Positions 1-13,388 are shown, counted from the first letter of the stretch. The stretch: DNA of 64,000 bases from Eledone cirrhosa (GCA_964016885.1 OZ024743.1:181288001-181352000); one strand, 5' to 3'. The notes: a model not told the origin generated them from the sequence alone. Numbers and translations are program-made.

Positions 1-3000
1 GTAGGGTACGGTAAGGGGTAGTATTTTCGTATGGTACGTTAAGTGGTAGTATTTTTCGTAATGTGGGTAAGGGTAGTATTTTTCGTAAGGTGGGTAAGGG
101 TTTTATTTTTTGTAAGGTGGGTAAGGTGTAGTATTTTTCCTATTGTGGGTAATGGTAGTATTTTTCGTAAGGTGGGTAAGGGTAGTATTTTTCGTAAGTT
201 GGGGTAAGGGGTAGTATTTTTCGTATGGTGGGTAAGGGTAGTATTTTTCGTTAGGTGAGTAAGGTTTTTTTTTTCGTAAGGTACGGTAAGGGTAGTATTT
301 TTCGTAAGGTGGGTAGGGTAGTATTTTTTGTAAGGTACGGTAACCGGTAGTATTTTTCGTAAGGTGGGTAAAGGTAGTATCTTTCGTAAGGTGGCTAAGC
401 GTAATATCTTTCATAAGGTGGGTAAGGGTAGTATTCTTCGTATGGTACGGTAAGGGTAGTATTTTTCGTAAGGTACGGTAAGGGGTAGTATCTTTCGTAA
501 CGTGGGTTAGGTGTAGTATTTTTTGTAGGTGGGTAAGGGTAGTAATTTTGGAAATGTGGGTAATGGTAGTATTTTTTGTAAGGTACGGTAAGGGGTCGTA
601 TTTTTCGTTAGGTGGGTAAGGGTAGTATTTTCGTAAGGTGGGTAAGGTTAGTATTTTTCGTAAGGTGGGTAAGGGTAGTATTTTTCGAAAGGGAGGGACG
701 GATAGTTATTTTTCGTAGGTGGGGTAAGGGGTAGTATTTTTTGTAAGGTGAGTAAGGGTAGTATTTTTCGTAAGGTACGGTAAGGGGTAGTATTTTTCGT
801 AAGGTGGGTAAAGGTTGTATCTTTCGTAAGGGGGGTAAGCGTAGTATCTTTCGTTAGTTGGGTAAGGGTAGTATTCTTCGTATGGTACGCTAAGGGTATT
901 ATTTTTCGTAAGGTGGGTAAGGGTGGTATTGTTCGTAAGGTGGGTAATGGTAGTATTTTTCGTAAGGTACTGTAAGGTGGGTATGGGTAATATTTTTCCT
1001 ATGGTACGGTAAGGGGTAGTATATTTCGTAAGGTGGGTAACGGTGGTATTTTTCGTAAGGTGGGTAAGGGTGGTATTTTTCGTAAGGTGGGTATGGGTGG
1101 TATTTTTCGTAGGTACGGTAAGTGGTAGTATTTTTCGTCAGGTGGGTAAGGTTTAGTATTTGTTCGTAATGTGGGTAAGGGTAGTAATTTGGGTAATGTG
1201 GGTAAGGGTAGTATTTTTCGTAAGGTAAAGTAAGGGGTAGTATTTTTCGAAAGGTGGGTAAGGGTTGTATTGTTCGTAAGGTGGGTAAGGTGTAGTATTT
1301 TTCGTAAGGTGGGTAAGGGTAGTATTTTTCGTAAGGTGGATAAGGTGTTGTATTTTTCGTAAGTTGGGGTAGGGGGTAGAATTTTTCGTAAGTACGGTAA
1401 GGGGTAGTATTTTTTGAAACGTGGGTAAGGGTGGTATTTTTCGTATGGTGGGTAAGGTGTAGTATTTTTCGTAAGGTGGGGTAAGGGGTAGTATTTTTCG
1501 TAAGGCGTATAAGGGTGGTATTTTTCGTATGGTGGGTAAGGTGTAGTATTTTTCGTAAGTGGGGTAGGGGTAGTATTTTTCGTAAGGTACGGTAAGGGGT
1601 AGTAATTTTCGTAAGGTACGGTAAGGGGTAGTATTTTTCTTAATGTGGGTAAGGGTAGTATTTTTTGTAAGGTGGGTAAGGTTAGTAATTTTCGTAAGGT
1701 GGGTAAGGGTAGTATTTTTCGAAAGGGGGGTAAGGATAGTATTTTTCGTAATGTGGGGTAAGGGGTAGTATTTTTTGTAAGGTGAGTAAGGGTAGTATTT
1801 TTCGTAATGTGGGTAAAGTTAGTATCTTTCGTAAGGTGGGGAAGGGTAGTATTCTTCGTATGTTTCGGTAAGGGTAGTATTTTTCGTAAGGTGGGTAAGG
1901 GTGGTATTTTTCGTAATGTGGGTAAGGGTAGTATTTTTCGTAAGGTACGGTAAGGGGTAGTATCTTTCGTAAGGTGGGTAATGGTAGTATTTTTCCTATG
2001 GTACGGTAAGGGGTAGTATATTTCGTACGGTGGGTAACTGTGGTATTTTTCGTAAGGTGGGTAAGGGTGGTATTTTTCGTAAGGTACGCTAAGTGGTAGT
2101 ATTTTTCGTCAGGTGGGTAATATGTAGTATTTTTCGAAATGTGGGTAAGGGTAGTAATTTTGGTAATGTGGGTAATGATATTATTTTTCGTAAGGTACGG
2201 TAAGGGGTAGTATTTTTCGTAAGGTGGGTAGGGGTAGTATTTTTCGTAAGGTGGGTAAGGTGTAATATTTTTCGTAAGGTGGGCTAGGGGGTAGAATTTT
2301 TCGTAAGGTACGGTAAGGGGTAGTATTTTTCGTAAGGTGGGTAAGGGTGGTATTTTTCGTATTGTGGGTAAGGTGTAGTATTTTTCGTAAGGGGGGGGGG
2401 TAAGGGGTAGTATTTTTCGTAAGGTGGATAAGGGTGGTATTTTTCGTATGGTGGGTAAGGTGTAGCATTTTTCGTAAGGTGGGGTAGGGGTAGTATTTTT
2501 CGTAAGGTACGGTAAGGGGTAGTATTTTTCGTAAGGTGGGGTAAGGGTAGTATTTTTCGTGAGGTGGGTAAGTGTGGTATTTTTCGTAAGGCACGGTAAG
2601 GGCTAGTATTTTTCGTAAGGTTGGTAAGGGTAGTATTTTTCGAAAGGTGGGTAGGGTAGTATTTTTCGTAAGGTGTTTAAGGGTAGTATTTATCGTATGG
2701 TACGGTAAGGGGTAGTATTTTTCGTAAGGTAGGTAATGGTAGTATTTTTCGTATGGTACGGTAAGGGTAGTATTTTTCGTAAGGTGGGTAATGTAGTATT
2801 TTTCGTAAGATACGGTAAGGGGTAGTATCTTTCGTAAGGTGGGTAAGGGTAGTATTCTTCGTATGTTTCGGTTAGGGTAGTATTTTTCGTAAGGTGGGTA
2901 AGGGTGGTATTTTTCGTAATGTGGGTAAGGGTACTATTTTTCCTATGGTACGGTAAGGGGTAGTATCTTTCGTAAGGTGGGTAAAGGTAGTATTTTTCCT

Positions 3001-4227
3001 ATGGTACGGTAAGGGGTAGTATATTTCGTAAGGTGGGTAACTGTGGTATTTTTCGTAATGTGGGTATGGGTGGTATTTTTCGTAATGTGAGTAAGGGTAG
3101 TATTTTTCGTAATGTGAGTAAGGGTAGTAATTTTGGTAATGTGGTTAATGATATTATTTTTCGTAAGGTACGGTAAGGGGTAGTATTTTTCGTAAGGTGG
3201 GTAGGGGTAGTATTTTTCGTAATGTGGGTAAGGATAGTATTTTTCGTAAGGTGGGTAAGGTGTAATATTTTTCGTAAGGTGGGCTAGGGGGTAGAATTTT
3301 TCGTAAGATACGGTAAGGGGTAGTATTTTTCGTAAGGTGGGTAAGGGTGGTATTTTTCGTATTGTGGGTAAGGTGTAGTATTTTTCGTAAGGGGGGGGTA
3401 AGGGGTAGTATTTTTCTTAAGGTGGATAAGGGTGGTATTTTTCGTATGGTGGGTAAGGTGTAGTATTTTTCGTAAGGTGGGATAAGGGTAGTATTTTACG
3501 TGAGGTGGGTAAGTGTGGTATTTTACGTAAGGTACAGTAAGGGCTAGTATTTTTCGTAAGGTGGGTAAGGGTAGTATTTTTCGAAAGGTGGGTAAGGGTA
3601 GTATTTTTCGTAAGGTGGGTAAGGGTAGTATTTTTCGTATGGTACGGTAAGGGGTAGTATTTTTCGTAAGGTGGGTAATGGTAGTATTTTTCGTAAGATA
3701 CGGTAAGGGGTAGTATCTTTCGTAAGGTGGGTAAGGGTAGTATTTTTACCTATGGTACGGTATGGGGTAGTATCTTTCGTAAGGTGGGTAAGGGTGGTAT
3801 TTTTCGTAATGTGGGTAAGGGTAGTATTTTTCGTAAGGTGGGTAAGGGTAGTAGTTTTCGTAAGGTACGGTAAGGAGTAGTATTTTTCGTAAGGTAAGGT
3901 AAGGGTAGTATTTTTCGTAAGGTGGGTAAGGGTGGTATTTTTCGTAATGTGGGTAAGGGAGGTATTTTTCGTAAGGTGTGTAAGGGTGGTATTTTTCGTA
4001 AGGCGGGTAAGGGTAGTATTTTTCGTAAGGTAATGTAAGGGGTACTATTTTTCGTAAAGTGGGGTAAGGGGTAGTATTCTTCGTAAGGTGGGATAAGGGG
4101 TAGTATTTTTCGTAATGTGAGGTAAGGGGTAGTATTTTTCGTAAGGTGGGTTAAGTGGTAGTATTTTTCGTAAGGTGGTGTAAGGGTGGTATTTTCCGTA
4201 ACGTGTAGTAAGGGATGTATTTTTCGT
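1..4227. repeat. G/T-rich tandem satellite, 27-29 bp unit (consensus ~GGTAGTATTTTTCGTAAGGTGGGTAAG, variant ...GGTACGGTAAGGG), runs off window start
   Basis: Continuous head-to-tail repetition; TAGTATTTTT recurs at 27-bp spacing (e.g. 3545, 3572). Minus-strand ORFs here are repeat translations. Confidence 0.97.
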
Positions 4228-5455
4228 AAGATTGAAAGGCAAAGTTGACCTCTACAGGATTTGAATTCAGAACGTTAAGACGTGGAACAAATGCTGCGTC
4301 TGGGCCATCAACAATTCTGCCAATCCACTGCGCTCCGAACAGTAATAATAATTGCTTCTACATCTGACACAAGGCCAGCCATTTTGGGGGAGGCGAAAAT
4401 CGATTAAATCAACCCCAGTTTGTTACCTTATTTTATCGACCTTGAAAGGATGAAAGGAAAAGCTAACATCAGTGGGATTTGAACTCAGAACGTAAAGGGG
4501 CGTAATCGAATGGTAATTATAATGATTTCTTTTATAGGCACAAGGCCAGCCATTTTTTTGTGGGGGCTGTTAGTCGTTAAATCGACCCCAGTGTGTGACT
4601 GCTACTTTATTTTATCGACCCCGCAAGCTAACCTCGGTGGGATTTGAACTCAGATCATAAAGAGCGGCAACTCTATGCTGCAAAGCATGGCGTCCGATCT
4701 TCTACTAATATTGCCAATCCAATGACTTCTGGTTTTTAGGCACAAGGCCAACAATTTCAGGGAAGCCGAATGTCGATTAAATCGATCTAGTGCGTTACTG
4801 ATACTGTATTTTATCGATCCTGTACGGATGAAAGGCAAAGTTAAGCCCGGCGGGATTTGAACTCAGAACGTAAAGGGACGTAATTGAGTGGTAATAATGA
4901 TTTCATTTATTGGCCACAAGGGCCGACATTGAGTTGTAATAATAATAAGAAAAATAGCAGCCACGTCACTTTTTCAATTACTTTCGACATTGGGTGTTTT
5001 ACAGACACCCTCATCATTAATAATTACTGTCATTATGAATTCAAATCCAGCCAAGATTAGCTTCGCAAAATGCCAACCATTTTGGGGAAGGGGAAAGTCG
5101 ATTAAATCGAGCCCAGTGCGTTACTGGTATTTTATTTTATCGACCTCGTCAGGATGAAAGGCAAAGCTAACCTCGGTGGGATTTGAACTCAGAACGTAGT
5201 GGTGGGGGAAGGGTAATCGAATGGTAATAATAATGGCTTTTGATTTTTAGGCACAAGGCCAACAATTTCTTGGGGGGGGGTCAATTAAATCGACCCAGTG
5301 CGATACTGGTACTTTATTTTATCGATTATGTAAGGATGAAAGGCAAGGCTAACCCCGGCGGGATTTGAACTCAGTGGGTAAAGAGCTGATACTAAATGCG
5401 GTAGAACATTCATTCCGACGACGTAACAATGTTTGGCAACGCACCACCCTGTCAT
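4228..5455 (-). mobile_element. Cluster of ~6 head-to-tail, diverged tRNA-derived SINE copies (Meta-domain type)
   Basis: Repeated GGCACAAGGCCA...TTTATCGACC...GGATGAAAGGCAAAG...GGGATTTGAACTCAGA, the reverse complement of B-box GAGTTCAAATCCC plus GCCTTTCATCC..GGTCGATAAAATAAAGTACCAG, which resembles the MetaSINE central domain. Confidence 0.85.
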
Positions 5456-5959
5456 AAGTAAATAATGAACTTAATTGTTATAAAACGTTTATCATTAACA
5501 TTAATTTAGAAATATAATGGTTGGGCAACATTTGTATTCTGGAACTGATGAATTACAATGGAATTTTATAAATATATTTCACATTGGCATCGCAGTCCAG
5601 TCCTAGTTGTCATACACGATTTGTTGTTAGTTGACAAATTTCGTTGTAGTATATATAAACAACTCTGCTGAAAGTCAGAGATATTAGCTGTCTTGCCTAT
5701 AACGGAAAACTATAATTACATCTATAGTTAGAAATTGTGTGGAATTGTTTACTGACGAACAAGGAAGGTTTTTGATGAACGATCAAGAGTGTGGAGTGAT
5801 ATTTTATCCTTAATTTAAATGCGTCTGAATTAATACTATTGAGTTTCATTAGAAACTTTCATCCATGATTCATTAATTTCTAATAAAGTTATGAGTCCCA
5901 TTGACGCCATTATGATATACGGCGTGCTTTGGACATTTAAACACGGCTGGGCATATTTC

Positions 5960-6180
5960 TAGGCAAGTGTGAGCACAGCGAATTTCTTCCTGTCAAAGAA
6001 AGAATGAGAGCGAGAGAAAATGAAAAATAGATTCGCTCCAAAACTCGACTGGTACTTCCTTCCATGATAGAATAAAAGGCAAAATTGATCTCGGCGAAAT
6101 TTGAACTCAGTGCGCAGAGAGCCGGAAATAATACCACGATGCATAGCCTTCGGCGTTCTAGCGACTCTCCTCATTTGGCG
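5960..6180 (-). mobile_element. Degenerate SINE copy (same family)
   Basis: GACTGGTACTT...AAAAGGCAAAATTGATCTCGGCGAAATTTGAACTCAG. Confidence 0.6.
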
Positions 6181-6227
6181 TCTGCATATGAGAGCAATAA
6201 TTTAATAAAATATTAATATTTCTAAGT

Positions 6228-6330
6228 CAGGTAGACTCCGCGAGCAAGATGGTTCGAAAACATCCATGAGCTTGGCTAGTCATGTTTGGGGATCCAGCCG
6301 GATCAGTTGGAGGCGGTTGCTTCTGACAGT
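6228..6330 (+). mobile_element. RTE-clade LINE 3' fragment
   Basis: Matches 18000-18128, 19190-19345 and 58741-58990 (AAGATGG..AACATCCATGAGCTTGGCT..TTGGGGATCCAGCCGGATCAGTTGGAG). Confidence 0.7.
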
Positions 6331-6979
6331 AACACTGTTGTTACTGTCAGAATCTCCCCGAGAATTACGTTAAGAGTATACATGTCTATGAAACCCTCAA
6401 CTACATACAAGTTAATTTCATTTAAAAGCAATTCTGTTGTTCGAACACCTGGAACACGCATAGTCGAAACCAACGGCACCGAATGGCGCCCGACAGACTG
6501 GTCGGTCAAGGTGTTCAAGGTGATATATATGTATCATTTGATAGTTAATATACTATTATATCATCTTTACCGGCCCCTTAGGCTACAACATCCCCTGGAT
6601 CTCCTCAAAGCCCCTTCCCCGACGGGGTGGGGGGGGGGGGGGCACACCCACTTTGAGGGCGGACAGAATAGAGGAGGTATTTCTCCGGAGAATGGTGAGG
6701 TAGACGCGTTGGAAGAGCCATTCCAGCTCGCGAGGTTCACATCTGCGGGTAGCCAACTGCCATCTTATACGTTAAATTCAAATCCCACTGAACTCAAATT
6801 TAGACTCCAACGTTGCGGGGTCGATGAAAGATGTATCATTCAAGTTACTGGGATTGATATAATCAATGAAACCTCACCTCCATACAAAGTTAATAAAGAT
6901 TATCAGCTGCTGGTTGATACCTCTGATCAAACAATCAGCTCTATTCAGCCAAACGGCTGTGAGGATAAATGAAATAAAA

Positions 6980-7170
6980 ATAATTGTTTCTACTTTTGGC
7001 ACAAGGCCAGAAATTACCCAGCACATTACTGGTACTTTATTTTATCGACCCCGTAAGGATGAAAGGCAAAGTTAACCTCGGCGGGATTTGAACTCAGTCC
7101 GTAAAGGGACATAACTCTATGCTGCAAAGTATGGTGTCCAACCCTCTGTCGATACTGCCAAGCCACCCCC
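6980..7170 (-). mobile_element. Near full-length tRNA-derived SINE (short subfamily)
   Basis: Reverse complement of the 36118-36302 copy. Confidence 0.88.
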
Positions 7171-7334
7171 AATACACATGAGCTTTTCTGATCCTACTCA
7201 GACCAATATTTCAGCCACCCTACATAAGAACTCAGTGTAAGAAAGTCTAAAGTCTGTCTCAAGTCTGGAGGCTCATCAGGCAGGTGCTTTTCCCGGTTTC
7301 CGTGGAATGAACATCATACCACAACAACCACCAC

Positions 7335-7440
<106 letters not shown>

Positions 7441-7664
7441 TGGAAAAGGGGCAGAACCGTTCAGTATGATCATAATGGATAGTGACCCTTGTTTGGTACG
7501 AGGGGCCAAAAAACAATGAGCCGACAAGTTATTGGCACCAACTGGGGAGGTCAATGTAATAAACGTACTGGTCAAGTACTGGGGTTGATTTAATCGACTT
7601 TCACATCCCCTAAATTCAATTTCCTTGGTCGTGTGCCTAAAGGTCAAATCATTAATAATTGTGA

Positions 7665-8005
7665 AGGGGTAGTGGATTTGCAGAATCAGTAGAGCGTCAA
7701 ACAACATGCTATGTGGCATATAGTTATGTACTTTTATATTCTGAGTTCAAATCCCACCGTTGTTAGCTTTGTCTTTCATCCTGTAGGGTCATTAAAATAA
7801 AGTACCAGTAATGCACTGAGATTCGGTTCATCAGCTTTATCCTACCCCCAAATTTGACCTTGCGCTAAAATCAAAAGCCATAATAGCAATTAAAATATAG
7901 GGTGATGATGACAAAATTGTAGAGCGTCGGACAACATGCTTTGCTGCATATAGTTATATCCCTTTGCATTTTGAGTTCAAATCGCGCCTTACGTGGTCGA
8001 TAAAA
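7665..8005 (+). mobile_element. Two adjacent diverged SINE copies
   Basis: GGATTTGCAGAATCAGTAGAGCGTC..CTGAGTTCAAATCCC..CTTTCATCC..AAAATAAAGTACCAG; second copy 7900-8005. Confidence 0.75.
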
Positions 8006-8183
8006 TCAACTTTCTCCTTCCACCGAATTGCTGGTTTCTGTCAAAAGTAAAAACAATCATTTTGGTTTAAAGCGGTCGAGATTATTGATCTTAAACCAAT
8101 ATATACATATATATAATTATATATATATTTATATATATATATATATAATTATATATATATATATATATAAATATATATATAAT

Positions 8184-8214
<31 letters not shown>

Positions 8215-8400
8215 ATATATGTATATATAATTATATATATATATATTTATATATATATATAATTATATATATATATATATAATTATATAGATAAATCTAC
8301 CAAAAGTTTTCGGTAGTGTCCAATCCGTATGAAGAACGTATATATATATATAATTATATATATATATAGATAGATATATAGATATATAATTATATATATA

Positions 8401-8784
8401 TATTGTTATACTTTGGGAGGGTCATGTTGCCAATAAGAAACACACGCACCAGTTGCTTTCACTTCAATTTAATTTAATATATATTTATAAATTTACAAAT
8501 TTACAAATTTACAAATTTATAAATTTCTGGTTGGTTGGTTGGTTCCACAACCAGATAGTTGTTTATATATATATAGTCATAGTTCTTTCGTCACACACTC
8601 TGTGACCTCTTCAGTGACTGGGGATTTCTTTCTTCGTTTCTGTGCCTTTCCTTTCTTCTATCCTACGCCATTTTCATTTGGTGCGTGTGTTTCTTATTGG
8701 CAACATGACCCTCCCAAAGTATAACAATATCGGTTTCAACACACGATTTCAGATAAAGAATCTTGCTAAACAAATTCAGAAACG

Positions 8785-8787
<3 letters not shown>
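8401..8787. mobile_element. Small non-coding foldback element (Penelope-like pLTR architecture) between (TA)n tracts
   Basis: Perfect ~51-bp inverted repeat 8401-8451 / 8679-8729, an internal hammerhead, and a unique tail; diverged sister copy at 13389-13617. Confidence 0.6.
8575..8619 (-). ncRNA. Minimal type-I hammerhead ribozyme motif
   Basis: Minus strand AGTCA-CTGAAGA-g-GTCACA-gagtg-TGTGAC-GAAA-gaac-TA-TGACT: 5-bp stem I, 6-bp stem II, full core, CUA cleavage triplet. Confidence 0.75.
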
Positions 8788-8841
<54 letters not shown>

Positions 8842-10096
8842 TAAATGGAAACGATATTTATTTTATTATACATATTTCAAGGGCAACCAAGGCAAATTAT
8901 GGTGCGCTTTCAGCAGATAAAATACAGATTTGTTTTATAAATAAATATTGACATACCCGGAAAAAAAGACAACCTTAACGGTTGGAGCTTCCTGGATAGT
9001 GGAGATATTACATTTATTGAGGGTGATACAAAATTATGAGTGAGTATGCAAATGAGTGTCCGAAAGGTTGAAAAGATAATGGTTTATTTAAATTAAAATG
9101 TTGGAAGAAGGTGATATGTAAGGGAGAGAGAAAAAAAAAGAAAAAAAGAAAAAAGTAAGGAGACATATAGAAGAGGAAAGAAAGAACGATTATATATATT
9201 GATAGTGAAAATAGTGTGCATGAAGAGATGAGTTTCAAAGGATAAATATACACAGCGTAAGTATATCTAAGTGAGAGAAGAAATGAGAATAACGTGGAAG
9301 AATAATATTTATATACAGGATTCATTACGTTTTGATTATAATACTTATAATGATAGGTTGAAAAATTAGATTAAAATTAAATTAAAATTAAAAAATTAGA
9401 AATCAAAATTAAAGATTAAAATTTACCTTAATATTAAAGATTCAATTTAATAATTTAATATTAATAATTAGTTTAAATGTGTATGTTAAGGATTATAAAT
9501 TATTTAAATAAATATATATTATTTTACATTAGAGAAAATCTAGTATAGTTTATTTTATTAGAAGTTGTAAGTCAAAAATTTAAACATCCAAATAATTTAA
9601 ACATCCAAATAATTCTAAATTTAAACATCTAAATTTATGAAAAATTTACGAGAGTTTACAAAGGAATAACCACTTAGTTATATTATAAAAACAGTAAGTG
9701 TAAAGGAAGTTAGAAGTGATTTTTTAAGAACTCAGATGACTCTAAGGATTAAATGTTATAAAGTTAAATAGTTAAGAATTTTTTATCTTAAGAATATAAT
9801 TAAAACATGAACCATATGTAATTTTATACGAAATCATAAATTTACTTGCTAAAAAGTTAAAACATTTAAAAAATTTATCTTAAGAATATATTTAAAGCAT
9901 AAACCATAGGTTATTCCACATATATATAAAAAACCTATATATAAAAATCATATGTTTTTCCACATATATATAAACATTTGGATATATATATTAAAAACGT
10001 TTGAAGATATAAAAATATTGGAAGGTATGAAAATAATGAAAATAATGGTTTTTCTATATCTTTCAAAGGAATTTTTAAAAGATTTTTCTTATATAT

Positions 10097-10180
<84 letters not shown>

Positions 10181-10182
<2 letters not shown>

Positions 10183-10390
10183 CGAAGGAAATGTGGTAAG
10201 GAACCAGGTGGACCATAACGTACCAAAGTACTTAATACTTGAGGTAGTAGAGTGGGTAATAGGAACCAGTAAGACCCCGACAGCTGAGCTCAAGCCGTTT
10301 CGACGGCTAATTCTGGCTAATTCGACGAATTCCCAGAATTAGCCGTCGAAACGGCTTGAGCTCAGCTGTCGGGGTCTTACTGGTTCCTAT
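10181..10390 (-). mobile_element. Short palindromic non-autonomous element (family D) within (TA)n
   Basis: Perfect 58-bp arms 10259-10316 / 10333-10390 plus ~78-bp tail; sister copies at 29555-29757 and 40765-40964. Confidence 0.75.
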
Positions 10391-10423
10391 ATATATATAT
10401 ATATAATATATATATATATATAT

Positions 10424-10455
<32 letters not shown>

Positions 10456-10508
10456 TTTATATATATAATATTATATATATTATATATATAATATATATAT
10501 ATATATAT

Positions 10509-10590
<82 letters not shown>

Positions 10591-10636
10591 TATATGTATA
10601 TATATATATTATATATGTATATATTATATATATATT

Positions 10637-10667
<31 letters not shown>

Positions 10668-11771
10668 AATTATATATATATATATAAATATATAGGTATG
10701 CGTGTGCGCTTGTTATATACGTATTTATTTATTTATATACGTTTATTTAATTATATGTATACTCTGGCACACACACACACATATATATATATATTTTTTT
10801 TATATATATTTTTATGTGTATTTGGTGTATACATTCCTATGCGTGCGGGTACAGGCGTTACGTTGGTTCTGTATGTGCGTGGGGTTTTTTTGTGTGTATG
10901 TGCGTGTATTTGTTTACCTATGGCGAGTGTTTCCGCGTATGCTTGTGTATGTACGTATATAGATGCGTGTATGTATTTATTTAATTTCAATTACCTCTGT
11001 ATTTTATTTACTTTATTCTTAAATCTGAAGCCGAGAATCATTCGGTTTCCTAGTTAGAATTTTAGTCTACGACTTCAGTTATACCATTTACGTAGTTTTG
11101 TCTTTGCGTGCAATTGTTCTCCCGCTCCACATATGACGTATTATCTTCGTTTTTTCCGTTCATTGCCAGAGAAGGTGTCTATGAACCACCTAATAGAATA
11201 TTAGTCTACGACTTCTTTTATACCATAAACGTGGTTTTGTCTTTGCGTGTAATTGTTTTTCATCGCTCCAAATAATGATGTATTATATTCGTTTTATCCC
11301 GTTCTTTGCCAGGGAACGTTTCCACGAACCAAAGTATCGTCTTCCTGTCTACCTCCGGTTGCAACGTTTTTTGAAATATTCACTTCTGCGTTCACAGATT
11401 GACTTTGTTAGTTTCAGAAGATCCCGTTAAAGGTGAAAGCAGCGATTCTTTGCTTAAACTTTAATCTGTTATTTTAATAAATATTTGCTCTACGGTTCTT
11501 ATATATTTGATATATATTTATCCTTATCGAGCCCTCTTTGGATTTTAGTCTTCAAATTTATTATTATTACTATATATATATATATATTTAATATATTAAC
11601 AGAGAAAGCTTTCAGCGATACTCTGACCAACTCCATCTCACTCAACAAACATTAGGATATACCTGAGTATAATCCCAATTATGTGTTTGGGGTGCTAACT
11701 ATATAGTATTCCGTGGATAGTTGGTTGTATTATTTTATATGAGACATAATTAAATAAATCTCTCTTTCTTT

Positions 11772-11831
<60 letters not shown>

Positions 11832-11836
<5 letters not shown>

Positions 11837-12751
11837 TAAATTTAGTCCTTCATCAGTGATCTTCCAACCTTCATTGGTATTTCATCGCTTTAAAGACCAT
11901 ATACCTCCGGTGGGTGCGAGCAACGGCTTAAGAAAGTCTTTGGGACACGTAAATAAGGGGAACGAGCGAGACAGTAAACAATCAAAGATGGTAATGCAAC
12001 GAAAAGTGACGAAGAAGGAGTCAAGTCCCTGAAATTGATGAACACAAGTTCTGTGAAATCATGGACGAGAGAGAATAAAGACCATCAAACCTGGTCGAAA
12101 TGTGAGTAAGGAAAGAATTTCGCACAGGTCAAGCGGGAGGAAGAAGGAGTCAAGTCCCTGAAATCGATGAACATAAGTTCTGTGAAATCGTAGATGAGGG
12201 AGAATAAAGACCATCCGACCTGGTCAAAGTGTGCGTGAGGAAAGAATCTCGCACAGGTCAAACGGGAGGAAGTAGGAGAGGGAGTAGCAGAGAGTGAGTG
12301 AAAGTGTGAGGAAGAGGCTAACATAGAGAGTGACTGTTAGAGGGGGTAAAAGGAAGTGAGAGATACAGAGAAAAGGGAAGCAGTAAGAAAGAAACAGACG
12401 GGTCAGCGGAGGAAATTATATATGAATATGAAAACATGGCGTGCTGCGTGGTTGCAAATGGGTTACATATGAATAAATTTAGTCCTTCATCAGTGATCTT
12501 CCAACCTTCATTGGTATTTCATCGCTTTAAAGACCATATACTACCGGTTGGTGCGAGCAACGGCTAAAGAAAGTCGTTGGGACACGTAAATAAGGGCAAC
12601 CATTGAGATAGTAAACAAACAAAGATGGTAATGCAACGAAAAGTGACGAAGAAGGAGTCAAGTCCCTGAAATCGATGAACATAAGATCTGTGAAATCGTA
12701 GACGAGAGAGAATAAAGACCATCAAACCTGATCAAAATGTGCGTGAGGAAA

Positions 12752-12755
<4 letters not shown>
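11832..12755. mobile_element. Dispersed non-coding repeat (family E) in partial tandem, period 637 bp, flanked by (TA)n
   Basis: ATGAATAAATTTAGTCCTTCATCAGTGATC... begins at 11832 and again at 12469; opposite-orientation copies at 33040-33566 and 29030-29135. Confidence 0.75.
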
Positions 12756-12785
<30 letters not shown>

Positions 12786-13093
12786 GTACATTCAGACACA
12801 CAAATACAAACGTATACACATATAAACCTTACATTCATATCGAAGTAGTGTGAGGTTATATCGTATCTTCATTGTTTCCTGAAAGTGTTACAGCATGTGT
12901 TGGTTGTTGGTAGCAGGAAATTAACATGCTATTCATCAGAAGCTGGTCAGTAACCTCATATCACACCATACCATCGTTATTAACTTCCGAGCCTGAAATA
13001 GGTAATAAGGCTTGGTTGATTAATCTGTCTGACACTGACGTTGGCATTGAGGTTGCCGTTGACGTTGACGCTACTGCGTCTGCTGCATCTGCT

Positions 13094-13124
<31 letters not shown>

Positions 13125-13388
13125 ATGTGGTTGTAGTAAGTGACATCATTTTTATAAGAAGCCGATACAGACGAAAGAACGATTTGATTTTTTTTCAATA
13201 CACGAAGTGAAAATTTAAATATTTCTATTGTGTAAATTATAATACGTTATTTGAAAGTTTCAGTTGTAGAAATTCCATATCAGTAGCTTACAACGACTTT
13301 ACAATGTTTAGCTTAGCCTATTCCTATCCATATTCAAATCCTGCCACACTTTGCTTCAACTTTCAACCATCCATTACCAATCGTACAC

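Noticed and set aside
1-4227. Telomeric repeat or extensin-like PYYP proteins
   Set aside because: The unit is 27-29 bp rather than TTAGGG; the peptides are satellite translations interrupted by stops.
5545-5790. CTGATGA/CTGACGA cores at ~5546 and ~5752 (also 12932, 15722, 44045, 56077)
   Set aside because: No appropriately placed stem II-GAAA-UH.
6286-6972. 228-aa ORF
   Set aside because: Non-ATG start and mosaic of RTE fragments (6228-6330, 6655-6725) and a degenerate SINE (~6770-6880); no recognisable domain.
8830-10090. Very AT-rich segment considered as a NUMT or Penelope ORF remnant
   Set aside because: No recognisable mitochondrial gene or RT/GIY-YIG motif on manual translation.
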